From positions 510,001 to 542,000 of the forward strand of contig NZ_CP011391.1 of assembly GCF_001564455.1 (NCBI RefSeq): a stretch of 32,000 bases of DNA, in the 5' to 3' direction. Position 1 is the stretch's first letter. Each line of letters starts with the position of its first letter. The position numbers and the translations under genes were made by a program. Below are positions 1-9,008 of the stretch, in pieces. The notes under the pieces were generated by a model. That model saw only the letters and a program-made list of their open reading frames with translations. It was not told the origin of the DNA and did not search any database. This stretch comes from Faecalibaculum rodentium. GTDB taxonomy: Bacteria; Bacillota_I; Bacilli_A; Erysipelotrichales; Erysipelotrichaceae.

Positions 1-833
1 CCGGTCTGTTCGGCACTGGTGACATCCAGGGTCCAGATGCCGTTGGCTCCCTGTTTCATCACCCCTGTCAGCTTCGCGTCGCAGCCGCCGAAGTCCAGTT
101 TCAGACCGGAAAGATACAGGCGCTGGGAGGTGTCTCCGGCTGCGGGATAGATCACAGTGGCAGGCTGTCCATCCGGGCCTGTCACTGCTGCCTGGGGCAG
201 GGACCCCTGGACGGTGATGGTCTGGCCGTCATATTTTGCCGGGTTGCTCAGAACCTGCTTGACGGTAAGCACCGAAGGCGTGGCAGGCTGAGAGTCTGTG
301 TTCTGCGAACCATCGCCCTGGGAACCGCTGTTCTGTGTGTTGTCAGCCGGCGTCTGTGTGCCGGCGGAAGCATCCGCGGCAGGCTGTTGAACACCCTGTG
401 TTCCGGGATCCACATAGGCGGTGCCCTGATCGGCTGCGGGTGCCTGCTGTCCGCCATCGGCCTGTTCCGTGTCTTCCCCGGCCACGATTTCAATGGTCAG
501 GGTGTTGCTGGTGATTTTGTCTTTGGTCGCCTTGATGGTATAGTTGCCGGCTTCGGCGGCCTTGAATTTGACGGTTGCGCCATCCACGGTGAGCGTTCCG
601 CCGCTGATTTCAAAGTCCTCCTGCTTCAGCTCGGTGCCGGCAGGAGTCGTCTTGACTGCAATGTCGATTTCCTCATCCACCTTCGCGGTATGGAATTCGG
701 ATGACAGGGTGATTGCCGACAATGTCTGTTTGTCGGTTTCTGCCGTCTTGTCTTCCTGTTTCGGGGTGCAGGCTGTGCAGCCTGCCAGTCCCAGTACCGC
801 TGCGGCGAGAAGAGTATACAGGATTCGATTCAT
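1..833 (-). CDS. Putative secreted lipoprotein with Ig-like domain (partial; C-terminus is off the window)
   Basis: Hand translation shows the minus-strand frame is open from ATG 833 to the window edge. It is absent from the ORF track because it runs off the edge. The N-terminus is MNRILYTLLAAAVLGLAGC, a signal peptide with an LAGC lipobox. A GGAGG RBS (complement of 843-847) lies 9 nt upstream. A beta-rich Ig-like segment is followed by a Q/G/D/T-rich linker. Confidence 0.6.
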   Translation of the reverse strand, partial: MNRILYTLLAAAVLGLAGCTACTPKQEDKTAETDKQTLSAITLSSEFHTAKVDEEIDIAVKTTPAGTELKQEDFEISGGTLTVDGATVKFKAAEAGNYTIKATKDKITSNTLTIEIVAGEDTEQADGGQQAPAADQGTAYVDPGTQGVQQPAADASAGTQTPADNTQNSGSQGDGSQNTDSQPATPSVLTVKQVLSNPAKYDGQTITVQGSLPQAAVTGPDGQPATVIYPAAGDTSQRLYLSGLKLDFGGCDAKLTGVMKQGANGIWTLDVTSAEQT

Positions 834-1001
834 GGTAAAAGTCCTCCACTCAGTATTGTAGGGAAATTCCGGGACTTTTTCATCAAACTCAATGGATTTT
901 GCGAAATCGGGTTTCGAAGGCACGAAAAACGAAACCAAAGGCCAGGTTGCGTATCCTGTAGGTGACGGAGAAACACGAAGCAGGAAACCGAGGTGGACAG
1001 G

Positions 1002-1940
1002 ATGATGGAACTCTGGAAAACACAGGAGGGGACACTGCACCGGCTGGAAACACCTGAACCAGGGTGCTGGGTGCGGCTCACAGACCCGGATGAGAAGGAA
1101 CTTGCATGGGTGAAGGAGACTTTCGGCATTCCCGGAAAAGACCTGGAGGGTCCCATGGATCTCCAGGAAACGCCGGGTGCCCGGGTCACGGATGAGTCTG
1201 CGCAGATCCTGCTGGATGTACCAGCCCTGAGCCAGGGAGTGGATGGCGGGTTTCAGGCCATTCCACTGGGGCTTGTGGTGAAGAAGGACGTGGTGGTGAC
1301 TGTCAGCAGCCGGAAAAACACGGTCCTGGATGCCCTGACAGCCGGGAAGGGACCGGTGCCAGATACAGCCAGTCCGGTGGAGTTCGTGAATGGTGTGCTG
1401 GCAGCGGTGGCCCGCAACTATCAGGATGATTTACGGAAGCTCGATGCCCGACGGCAGGAAGTGGAAACCAGGGCGGGGGAGCAGGTCGCAAAGCAGGACC
1501 TGATCACACTGCACAACGTGGAAACCTCCCTGATCTGGTTTGGCTGCAGCCTGAAGGCCAATGTGAAGGCGCTGGAACAGCTCCGGGACCAGCTGTCTTC
1601 GTCGGAATTCTGTCAGGAGCAGGAGACACTGGAGGAAGCGGCGGGGGAAATGAACCAGGCAGCGGCCATGACGGACATGTATCGGGAGATCGCGTCGGCG
1701 ACCCGGGGCCTGGTGGCGGATCTGGCGGACAACCGGCTGAACAATGTCATGAAGTTTCTGACCTCCATGACGCTCGTACTGGCAGTCCCGACCATCGTGT
1801 CCGGGTTCTATGGCATGAATGTGAACGAGGACTCCATCCCGCTGGCGGACCTGACCCACAGTTTCCTGGTCGTGGTGGTCCTGACGCTGGTGCTGACGGT
1901 GCTGGTGATCGTGGTCCTGAAAAAGAAGAAAATGCTGTAG
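1002..1940 (+). CDS. corA: CorA-family Mg2+/Co2+ transporter
   Basis: The ORF runs 993-1940. The ATG at 1002 sits 8 nt after GAGG. The C-terminus has the GMN signature (FYGMNV) between two hydrophobic helices and ends in a KKKK tail. Confidence 0.85.
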   Translation: MMELWKTQEGTLHRLETPEPGCWVRLTDPDEKELAWVKETFGIPGKDLEGPMDLQETPGARVTDESAQILLDVPALSQGVDGGFQAIPLGLVVKKDVVVTVSSRKNTVLDALTAGKGPVPDTASPVEFVNGVLAAVARNYQDDLRKLDARRQEVETRAGEQVAKQDLITLHNVETSLIWFGCSLKANVKALEQLRDQLSSSEFCQEQETLEEAAGEMNQAAAMTDMYREIASATRGLVADLADNRLNNVMKFLTSMTLVLAVPTIVSGFYGMNVNEDSIPLADLTHSFLVVVVLTLVLTVLVIVVLKKKKML

Positions 1941-1981
1941 GGCAGCCCGGCCAGGGACGCTCGCAGGCAAAGCATATAAAA

Positions 1982-2016
1982 GGCCCCTGCAATCCGGCCG
2001 GATGCAGGGGCCTTTG
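1982..2016. terminator. Bidirectional rho-independent terminator between corA and the small membrane ORF
   Basis: GGCCCCTGCA (1982-1991) pairs with TGCAGGGGCC (2003-2012). An A-run precedes the hairpin and TTTGTC follows it. Confidence 0.7.
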
Positions 2017-2211
2017 TCATCTCCTCTTTCCGGAGAACAGGACATAGGCGCCGTAGCAGGCGCAGAAGACGACGGCAAGGATCAGGCAGATCTTGACGAC
2101 GCCCTTGAAGATTTTCCAGATGATCGGCAGCAGGATCACTGCAAGAATGATGGCGCCAATGGCGAATACATAGGCGTATCCCGGCGTCTGGCTGTTGTTC
2201 TGATTGTTCAT
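2017..2211 (-). CDS. Small hypothetical membrane protein (two predicted TM helices)
   Basis: Part of ORF 2017-2271. Translation probably starts at MNNQNNSQ (ATG 2211). There are two hydrophobic stretches. The RBS is weak and I recognise no family. Confidence 0.4.
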   Translation of the reverse strand: MNNQNNSQTPGYAYVFAIGAIILAVILLPIIWKIFKGVVKICLILAVVFCACYGAYVLFSGKRR

Positions 2212-2305
2212 GGACTCAGTGTAACACCTGTTTCTTAAGAAACAAAAAACAGTGAATGATACGACCTGCATTTTGAAACAGCCGGCAGCCTCCGGACAAC
2301 CGAAA

Positions 2306-2326
2306 GCCCCGGCAAAATGCCGGGGC
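2306..2326 (-). terminator. Terminator hairpin downstream of the ABC ATPase gene
   Basis: GCCCCGGCA-AAA-TGCCGGGGC is a perfect hairpin, followed on the minus strand by TTTCGG. Confidence 0.55.
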
Positions 2327-2393
2327 CGGAGGTTCGGTTTTGTTCAGAAGCCGGACTGTCCAGAAACAGGACAGGATTCCGGCGGCGGGTATC

Positions 2394-3503
2394 CTATTCG
2401 ATGGCCTTGCCGGTTTCGTTGTCGAACACGTGGATCTTTGCGGGGTTGAAGGACAGTTCCACTTCGTCGCCCACCTGGGTCTTCGATTCCGGATCCACAC
2501 GGGCCGTCAGCTGCGCCCCGTTGAAGTCTGTGTACAGGTAGATCTCTGCACCCAGGTTCTCGCGGACTGCCACTTTGGCCTTCGCTTTGGAGTCTTTGTA
2601 CAGCTCCAGGTGCTCCGGTGTGTCATACAGATCCTCCGGACGCACGCCAATGGTCACTTCCCTGCCCATGTAGCCGCCGTCTTTCAGGACCTTGCCCTTT
2701 GCCTGGTCAATGGCGATGTCTGTATCGCCGACACGCACAGCCACCTTGCCGTTTTTCTCTGTCACGGTCCCGTCCAGGAAGTTCATCTGGGGAGAGCCGA
2801 TGAAGCCTGCCACGAACTTGTTGGCCGGGTGGTCATACAGGTACTGCGGGGTGTCGATCTGCTGCACTTCGCCGTCGCTCATGACCACGATCCTGTCGCC
2901 CAGTGTCATGGCTTCGGTCTGGTCGTGGGTGACGTAGATCATCGTGGCGCCCAGTCGCTCGTGCAGACGGGAGATCTCGACACGCATCTGGCCGCGGAGC
3001 TTGGCATCCAGGTTGGACAGGGGCTCATCCAGCAGCAGGACCTTCGGGTCGCGGACGATCGCACGGCCCATGGCCACACGCTGTCTCTGGCCGCCGGACA
3101 GGGCCTTGGGCTTGCGGTCCAGCAGCTTTTCCAGGTCCAGGGTCTTCGCAGCCTGAGCGACACGTCTGTCGATCTCGTCCTGCGGCATCTTCCGGATCTT
3201 CAGGGGGAATTCCATGTTTTCCTTCACTGTCATGTGGGGATACAGGGCATAGTTCTGGAAGACCATGGCAATGTCCCGGTCCTTGGGTTCCACGTCGTTG
3301 ACACGGTTGCCGTCAATGATCAGGTCGCCGTCTGTGATGTCCTCCAGACCGGCGATCATACGCATGGTGGTGGACTTTCCGCAGCCGGAAGGTCCGACAA
3401 AGATCACGAATTCGCCATCCTTGACATCCAGGTTGAAGTCCTTCACGGCCTGGAAGCCGTTGGGATAGACTTTCTTGATGTTCTTCAATGTTACTTCTGA
3501 CAT
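2394..3503 (-). CDS. Sugar ABC transporter ATP-binding protein (MsmK/MalK/UgpC type), orphan ATPase
   Basis: Walker A GPSGCGKST, signature LSGGQRQRV and Walker B VLLLDEPLSNLD are present, with a C-terminal MalK-type regulatory domain. The start MSEVTLKNI (ATG 3503) is preceded by AAGGAG. No permease or binding-protein genes are adjacent. Confidence 0.9.
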   Translation of the reverse strand: MSEVTLKNIKKVYPNGFQAVKDFNLDVKDGEFVIFVGPSGCGKSTTMRMIAGLEDITDGDLIIDGNRVNDVEPKDRDIAMVFQNYALYPHMTVKENMEFPLKIRKMPQDEIDRRVAQAAKTLDLEKLLDRKPKALSGGQRQRVAMGRAIVRDPKVLLLDEPLSNLDAKLRGQMRVEISRLHERLGATMIYVTHDQTEAMTLGDRIVVMSDGEVQQIDTPQYLYDHPANKFVAGFIGSPQMNFLDGTVTEKNGKVAVRVGDTDIAIDQAKGKVLKDGGYMGREVTIGVRPEDLYDTPEHLELYKDSKAKAKVAVRENLGAEIYLYTDFNGAQLTARVDPESKTQVGDEVELSFNPAKIHVFDNETGKAIE

Positions 3504-3729
3504 ATGATTCTCCTTCACTACCATCGAAAACACCTTCATCCGGACCGAATGTCCGATTTGAAAATGCTTACAATACCAATCCCATTATAGGACAACTTCA
3601 GAGGCAATTACACGTTCGGACGGAACGAAAAACCATTTTTTTACAAATTGTGGCAAAACTGTATGCGCTGGCTCTCAATGAAAGCGGTCCATCATTGCGT
3701 AAAAAGCTATAATGATATAACATATAAAT

Positions 3730-4614
3730 ATGAAACCATGCATCATCACAGACCAGATCACACAGAATCTGGCAATCGCTTCCAAAACCATCCGGGATCA
3801 CGGACTGCATCTGGTGGAACTCCACGGCATCGAGGGCAAGAGCGTGGAGTGCCTGAGTGAAAAAGAAGCCCAAAGCGCAAAGGCGCTCCTGGACCAGGCG
3901 GGGCTGGAAACAGCCAGTCTGGCCACGACGCTGTTCTTCATGGCTCCGCTGTACGACGACTATGAAATTTCGCTGTTCAAGCCGGAGTTCGCGGTGTTCC
4001 GGGGATCCATCCAGGACCACCTGAAGCAGCTGGACCATGCCTGTCACCTGGCGGACATCTTCGGGTGCAGCATCCTTCGGGTGTTTCCCTTCCGGTTTCC
4101 TGACAACAGACCCGGAAAGAAGGGCGGCACCGAAGAGGACCTGGACAAGATTGCACACATCATGAAACAGGCAGCAGACATTGCCGCGGCACACGGCAAG
4201 GTACTCGTCCTGGAAAACTGCCCCTATTCCCATCTTCCCAAGGGGAAGATGACGCAGGAGATCGTGCACCGCGTCAACTCCCCGGCATTGAAGATGCTCT
4301 GGGATCCGGGCAACAGCTACCGGGCAGAAGTCACACAGGTGCCGGAGAAGTGGCTGGGACTGAGGCTGGAGGAAGAATTCCAGGCCGTGAAGGACGACAT
4401 TGGCCACATGCACCTGAAAAACTATCACTATGACGACACGAAGGCGAAACCCTTTGTGCACGTGGGCCTGCTGGAGGGAGACATTGACTATGGCAGCCTG
4501 CTGCCGAAGATGGCGGCACTGAACGCAGCGGTATCCCTGGAGCCGGAGCTGGAGCCGGATGCCTGTGTCCGGGACATGGATGGCCTGGTGCAGGAAGCAC
4601 GAGAGATGGCGTGA
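3730..4614 (+). CDS. Sugar phosphate isomerase/epimerase (xylose isomerase-like TIM barrel family)
   Basis: The 294-aa ORF shows the typical family pattern: ...LVELHG..., ILRVFPFR, VLVLENC, HMHLKNY. Specific substrate is unknown. Confidence 0.65.
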   Translation: MKPCIITDQITQNLAIASKTIRDHGLHLVELHGIEGKSVECLSEKEAQSAKALLDQAGLETASLATTLFFMAPLYDDYEISLFKPEFAVFRGSIQDHLKQLDHACHLADIFGCSILRVFPFRFPDNRPGKKGGTEEDLDKIAHIMKQAADIAAAHGKVLVLENCPYSHLPKGKMTQEIVHRVNSPALKMLWDPGNSYRAEVTQVPEKWLGLRLEEEFQAVKDDIGHMHLKNYHYDDTKAKPFVHVGLLEGDIDYGSLLPKMAALNAAVSLEPELEPDACVRDMDGLVQEAREMA

Positions 4615-4630
4615 ACGGAATGAATGTGAA

Positions 4631-4667
4631 ACAACCCCTGGTCCGGCCGGATCAGGGGGCTGTTTTG
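4631..4667 (+). terminator. Rho-independent terminator after the isomerase gene
   Basis: CCCCTG (4635-4640) pairs with CAGGGG (4653-4658), followed by CTGTTTTG. Confidence 0.6.
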
Positions 4668-4811
4668 TGGGGAGGAAGCAGGGACAGGGGATGCCGGACA
4701 GGATACCCTGCATCGGCATGAAAGGAATTTACAAGTCTGAAAACGCATTGAAAAACAGGGGTGGTGGTGCTAACTTTTCAGTATTGAGAATCAAGGAAAG
4801 AAGGAACGATC

Positions 4812-5885
4812 ATGGATATCCGTTTTGAAGAAGCCGCGGCGCTGAAGGAAAAGCCCCAGGGGCCGCTGGGATTCGGCAAGATCTACACCGACTACATGTA
4901 TGTGGCGGAATACGACAAAAACAAAGGCGGCTGGTGGGACCAGGCCATTGTGCCGTTTGGTCCCATTGAAATGTCCCCGGCGAGCATGGTGCTGCACTAT
5001 GCGCAGGAAACCTTTGAAGGCCTGAAGGCCTACCGAACGAAGGACGGCACGATCCAGCTGTTCCGCCCGGAAATGAATGCCCGCCGGTTCATCAACTCCA
5101 ATGAACGCATGAGCATGCCGGCAGTCCCCGAAGATATGTTTGTCAATGCGGTCCGTGCCCTGGTGGAAAAGGAAGCCGCGTGGGTGCCCTCGGGCGAGGG
5201 TGAATCTCTGTACATCCGTCCGTATATGTTTGCGACGGAGGAAGGCGTGGGTGTTCACCCTTCTGCGAAGTACAAGTTCATCATCATTGCCTCTCCCTCC
5301 GGTGCGTACTATGCCAGTGGCGTGAACCCGGTCAAGATCTGGGTCGAGGATGAATACATCCGCGCGGCGCCCGGCGGCACGGGATTCACGAAATGCGGCG
5401 GCAACTATGCCGGCAGCCTCAAGGCGCAGGAGAAAGCGGAACAGGCCGGCTATGAGCAGGTGCTGTGGCTGGATGGCGTGAACCGGAAGTATGTGGAGGA
5501 AGTCGGATCCATGAACGTCATGTTCCTGATCGACGGCAAGGTGGTCACGGCACCGACAGACGGTACGGTGTTGCCGGGTGTCACCCGCAACTCCATCATT
5601 CACCTGCTGAAGGACTGGGGCTATGAGGTGGAGGAACGCCACATGTCCATCGACGAGCTCATGGAAGCCGCCCGCGACGGCAAGCTGCAGGAGGCCTGGG
5701 GCACAGGCACCGCAGCGGTCATTTCACCCATTGGCGAGCTGTGCTACAAGGGCGAAAAGCATGTGATCAATGACTTCAAAACCGGAGATCTGACGCAGAA
5801 GCTCTATGACACCCTGACAGGCATCCAGTGGGGAGAACTGGAAGATCCCTATAACTGGACACAGGTGGTCGTCGAAGCCGAATAG
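4812..5885 (+). CDS. ilvE: Branched-chain amino acid aminotransferase (class IV PLP enzyme)
   Basis: The 357-aa product is collinear with the long form of IlvE: YTDYMY...WD...PFGP...HYAQETFEGLKAYR...RPEMNARR...GTGTAAVISP. Confidence 0.9.
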   Translation: MDIRFEEAAALKEKPQGPLGFGKIYTDYMYVAEYDKNKGGWWDQAIVPFGPIEMSPASMVLHYAQETFEGLKAYRTKDGTIQLFRPEMNARRFINSNERMSMPAVPEDMFVNAVRALVEKEAAWVPSGEGESLYIRPYMFATEEGVGVHPSAKYKFIIIASPSGAYYASGVNPVKIWVEDEYIRAAPGGTGFTKCGGNYAGSLKAQEKAEQAGYEQVLWLDGVNRKYVEEVGSMNVMFLIDGKVVTAPTDGTVLPGVTRNSIIHLLKDWGYEVEERHMSIDELMEAARDGKLQEAWGTGTAAVISPIGELCYKGEKHVINDFKTGDLTQKLYDTLTGIQWGELEDPYNWTQVVVEAE

Positions 5886-6060
5886 CCGAAACGGTATAAA
5901 AGCTGAATGACAGAAGGACCGGAACCGGACTCTGGCAGATTTGCTGCCGGGTGCGGGTCCGGTCTTTTCTGTGCAGCCGGTATGAGACTGGAGAGCACTA
6001 TGCCGGACACCCTGAAAAAACCCGGATCTTCTGTGCGAAGACCCGGGGTGTTTTGTATCG

Positions 6061-6498
6061 TCAGATCACATAGTCGTTGCCGGCCATGGCGGCGTTTTCA
6101 TCCAGCAGCTGCTGCAGGGTGATGCCCTCCAGATACTCCCTGACCACGTTGTACAGACCCGTCCACAGGGACAGGGTGGCACACTGCTCCTGCCGGGGAC
6201 AGGTGTTGACCTGCGAGCGCAGGCACACAACCGGCGCCATGGAGTCCTCCGTGGCTTCCAGGACCTCGAACACCGTGACCTCCCGCGGAGCCCGCGCCAG
6301 ACGGTATCCGCCCTGGAACCCCCGGTTGCTCGTCAGGATTCCCGTGGGATTCAGGGCAATGACGATCTGCTCCAGGTATTTCTTGGAAATGTTCTGCCGG
6401 GCAGCCACTTCCTTCAGCGCCACATAGCCATCCTGCTGACTCTGGGCGAGATCAAGCAGCATGCGCAGGGCATACCGGCCTTTGGTGGAAATCTTCAT
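6061..6498 (-). CDS. Rrf2-family transcriptional regulator (IscR/CymR/NsrR-like)
   Basis: The N-terminal MKISTKGRYALRMLLDLA winged-helix signature is present. Three clustered Cys residues (CLRSQVNTCPRQEQC) are possible Fe-S ligands. Confidence 0.85.
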   Translation of the reverse strand: MKISTKGRYALRMLLDLAQSQQDGYVALKEVAARQNISKKYLEQIVIALNPTGILTSNRGFQGGYRLARAPREVTVFEVLEATEDSMAPVVCLRSQVNTCPRQEQCATLSLWTGLYNVVREYLEGITLQQLLDENAAMAGNDYVI

Positions 6499-7052
6499 GA
6501 TTCCCGCGACCCTCTGGGCATATACTTGTCGATTTCATGCTGGGACCAGAACATCATGATGGCTTCCGCCATGAGGGAGATCCCCACAATCTGCAGGATG
6601 AAGGAAGCTGTCTGCACCGGCCGCAGCAGGATGATGGCGCCGGCCACCAAGAGCACGACTGCAAAAATCAGCGTCATGGTCCAGCCCTCGCAGCCATAGT
6701 CCCGAAGCTGGAAGGCCTTCTGCATCTGGATCAGGGAGTTCACGATCAGAATGATCGCACCGGCCACCGGGAAAATGGAAATCAGGCTTTCGGGGCTGAT
6801 CACGAAGATCAGGCCAAAGAGCACCGTGGCCACGCCGATGCACAGCTGTGTGCCCGTGGCTGTGCCTTTCTGCCGCCCCGCATAGAACAGATAGAGCTGA
6901 AGGGCACCATAGAGTGCGAGACAGCCCCCGAGAATGCGGGTGGCTGTGACGAGTATGCTGCTGGCAAAGAAACAGAGCAGGATGCCAAAGACGAAATATA
7001 CCAGCGCAAGGAGCCTGGTCTGTCCGTCGCCTGTATTGAAAAGTCGCTGCAT
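6495..7052 (-). CDS. DUF308/HdeD-like integral membrane protein
   Basis: Starts at MQRLFNTGDG (ATG 7052), with GGAGGAATTCCC directly upstream. There are about six hydrophobic helices. A 4-nt ATGA overlap with the downstream Rrf2 gene suggests translational coupling. Confidence 0.6.
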   Translation of the reverse strand: MQRLFNTGDGQTRLLALVYFVFGILLCFFASSILVTATRILGGCLALYGALQLYLFYAGRQKGTATGTQLCIGVATVLFGLIFVISPESLISIFPVAGAIILIVNSLIQMQKAFQLRDYGCEGWTMTLIFAVVLLVAGAIILLRPVQTASFILQIVGISLMAEAIMMFWSQHEIDKYMPRGSRES

Positions 7053-7177
7053 GGGAATTCCTCCATTCCCTACCAGTATAGTGCACATTGACCTCCTTGT
7101 CCTGAGGCAGTGCCTGTGCCGTCTCTTCCCTGGTCTCCTGCTGATATAATCAGGTCAGACAGAAAGTGGTGATTGTA

Positions 7178-7729
7178 ATGAGAACAGCTGTACTGCTGGA
7201 TGAAGGATTTGAAGAACTGGAGGCCATGGCCCCCATTGCCCTGCTGCGCCGCGGCGGCATAGATGTGGATATGGTGTCGCCGGAAAACCGGACAGGGGAA
7301 ACCGGCCGCTTTGGCGTGATTCTCTCGGAAACCATTCCCATGGAAGACTACGATTTCTCCCAGGCTGACTGCCTGCTGCTGCCGGGTGGTCCCGGGCATG
7401 TGAACCTGGAGAAAAATGAAAAAGTCCGTGAACAGATCCGGAACTTTTATAACGACGAAAACAAAGTACTGGCGGCCATCTGTGCGTCTCCCACGATCCT
7501 GGGCCGCATGGGTCTTTTGAAGGGAAAGAAGTATACATGCTTCAAGTCCATGAACGAAGACTTCGGCGGCGAATACCAGGAAGACTACGCAGTGACTGAC
7601 GGAAACCTGGTCACAGGCAAGTCCGCCGCCGCTGCCATTGACTTTGCCTTCGCGGTGATGGAAAAGCTCACGGGCAAAGACCACACCGATCAGGTGAAGG
7701 CATCCATTTACTATGACGCCGATTGCTGA
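7178..7729 (+). CDS. DJ-1/PfpI (ThiJ) family protein
   Basis: Starts MRTAVLLDEGFEELEA. The nucleophile elbow AAICASP carries the conserved Cys. Length and order match the DJ-1/YajL type. Confidence 0.8.
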   Translation: MRTAVLLDEGFEELEAMAPIALLRRGGIDVDMVSPENRTGETGRFGVILSETIPMEDYDFSQADCLLLPGGPGHVNLEKNEKVREQIRNFYNDENKVLAAICASPTILGRMGLLKGKKYTCFKSMNEDFGGEYQEDYAVTDGNLVTGKSAAAAIDFAFAVMEKLTGKDHTDQVKASIYYDADC

Positions 7730-8903
7730 GTACATCCAAAGCGGGGAAACCCCTCAGACCGGTCGTGTGGGCGTGGAGGTGGAACACTTCCTGCTGGATC
7801 ACGCTTCGGGCCATCCACTGACGGCTTCACAGGTGGAGGACATGCTCGAGGTGCTGCGTCCGGACTACGACCAGGCGTTTTATGAAGACGGCAGGCTCAT
7901 CGCCCTGCAGGATGCGCACACCCTGATCACGCTGGAACCCGGGTCTCAGTTCGAGGTGTCCTTCCTCTACACCCGGGACATGGACCAGCTCAAGGCCTGG
8001 TATGACCAGGCCATGGCACCGGTCATGAAACTGGTCGAGACACAGGGTGCCGATGTGGTATGGTCCGGGGGACTGCCCACCGTGCCTGCAGATGAAGTCC
8101 GGCGCATCGACAAGCACCGGTATGAATACATGGAAGCCTGGTTTGCCCGCACGGGAAACCGCGGCCGGGAAATGATGAAAGCCACCGCCAGTGTGCATGT
8201 GTCCATCGACTATGCAGATGAGGCGGATTTTGTCCGCAAAGTGCGGGCCGCCAACATTCTCCACCCCCTCCTGGCGTTCCTCATGTCCAACACCCCGGAC
8301 TACGCCGGCCAGGACAACCCGGATATCCTCCTGCGGGATTCCATCTGGTCCGATACCGATCCGGCCCGGACCGGGATCCCCGACGGACTGTTTGACGAAG
8401 GATTCGGGTACCAGGGCTATGCCGACTGGCTGGAACAGATCCCGGTGATCCTGATGGTGGACGGCGAAACCTATGTGCCGGAACCGGATCTGACCGTTGG
8501 CCAGACGGGGGAGAAATACGGCTGGAACAAGGCACATATCCAGCACCTGCTGTCCATGGCCTTTCCGGATGTGCGGGTGAAGAACTTTATCGAGATTCGC
8601 AGTGCCGATTCCGTGAATCCGCCGTACATCACAGCCTATGCGGCACTGATCCGGGCTCTGTTCTACAGCCGGGAAACAGTGGACTGGGTCCTGTCCCTGG
8701 CACAGTCTGCCGACGAGATCCAGGCAGCCAAGGCAGCCCTTCGCAAAGACGACTGGAATGCCGGTATCTATGGACAGCCCGTGACAGCTGTTCTGGATGA
8801 ACTGGACAGCCGGGCCCGACAGGCCATGACCTCTGCAGATGCCAGGCACTATGCCCCGCTGCATGAAAAGATCATGGCCCGAAAGCACATGTTTGAAGGA
8901 TGA
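7713..8903 (+). CDS. gshA: Glutamate-cysteine ligase family protein (GshA-like)
   Basis: The 396-aa product has the N-terminal GVEVEHFLL motif of the gamma-glutamylcysteine ligase / carboxylate-amine ligase superfamily. It overlaps the DJ-1 gene by 17 nt. Confidence 0.6.
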   Translation: MTPIAEYIQSGETPQTGRVGVEVEHFLLDHASGHPLTASQVEDMLEVLRPDYDQAFYEDGRLIALQDAHTLITLEPGSQFEVSFLYTRDMDQLKAWYDQAMAPVMKLVETQGADVVWSGGLPTVPADEVRRIDKHRYEYMEAWFARTGNRGREMMKATASVHVSIDYADEADFVRKVRAANILHPLLAFLMSNTPDYAGQDNPDILLRDSIWSDTDPARTGIPDGLFDEGFGYQGYADWLEQIPVILMVDGETYVPEPDLTVGQTGEKYGWNKAHIQHLLSMAFPDVRVKNFIEIRSADSVNPPYITAYAALIRALFYSRETVDWVLSLAQSADEIQAAKAALRKDDWNAGIYGQPVTAVLDELDSRARQAMTSADARHYAPLHEKIMARKHMFEG

Positions 8904-9008
8904 AGCGGATGGGGCTGCCTGCAGGCGCAGCCGGCATCGGCCTTGGAAAGACTGGCCGCACAGCCGGGATCACGGAAAGAAACGGGAATCCAGACAGGGA
9001 GAACAGAC

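Noticed and set aside
834-1001. Possible M-box (Mg2+) riboswitch in the 168-nt leader upstream of corA.
   Set aside because: By eye I could not find the conserved M-box core sequences, such as the GTTAGGTGAGGC-like element and its partner strands. The length alone is not evidence. An Rfam scan would settle it.
2340-3500. 386-aa plus-strand ORF opposite the ABC ATPase gene. Similar long antisense ORFs occur at 3598-4719(-), 4791-5642(-), 7827-8888(-), 8970-10442(-), 11275-12780(+), 13807-14595(-), 22219-23085(+), 23605-24987(+), 25752-26675(+) and 27848-29047(+).
   Set aside because: These are shadow ORFs typical of GC-rich coding DNA. Their translations are low-complexity, rich in R/G/H/Q/P, and lack recognisable motifs or RBSs. 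In every case the opposite strand encodes a clearly recognisable protein family.
3679-3692. cre-like (CcpA) operator TGAAAGCGGTCCAT in the divergent promoter region between the ABC ATPase and the isomerase genes.
   Set aside because: It has a mismatch at a conserved C of the TGNAANCGNWNNCW consensus and is not palindromic on the right half. This is too weak to call.
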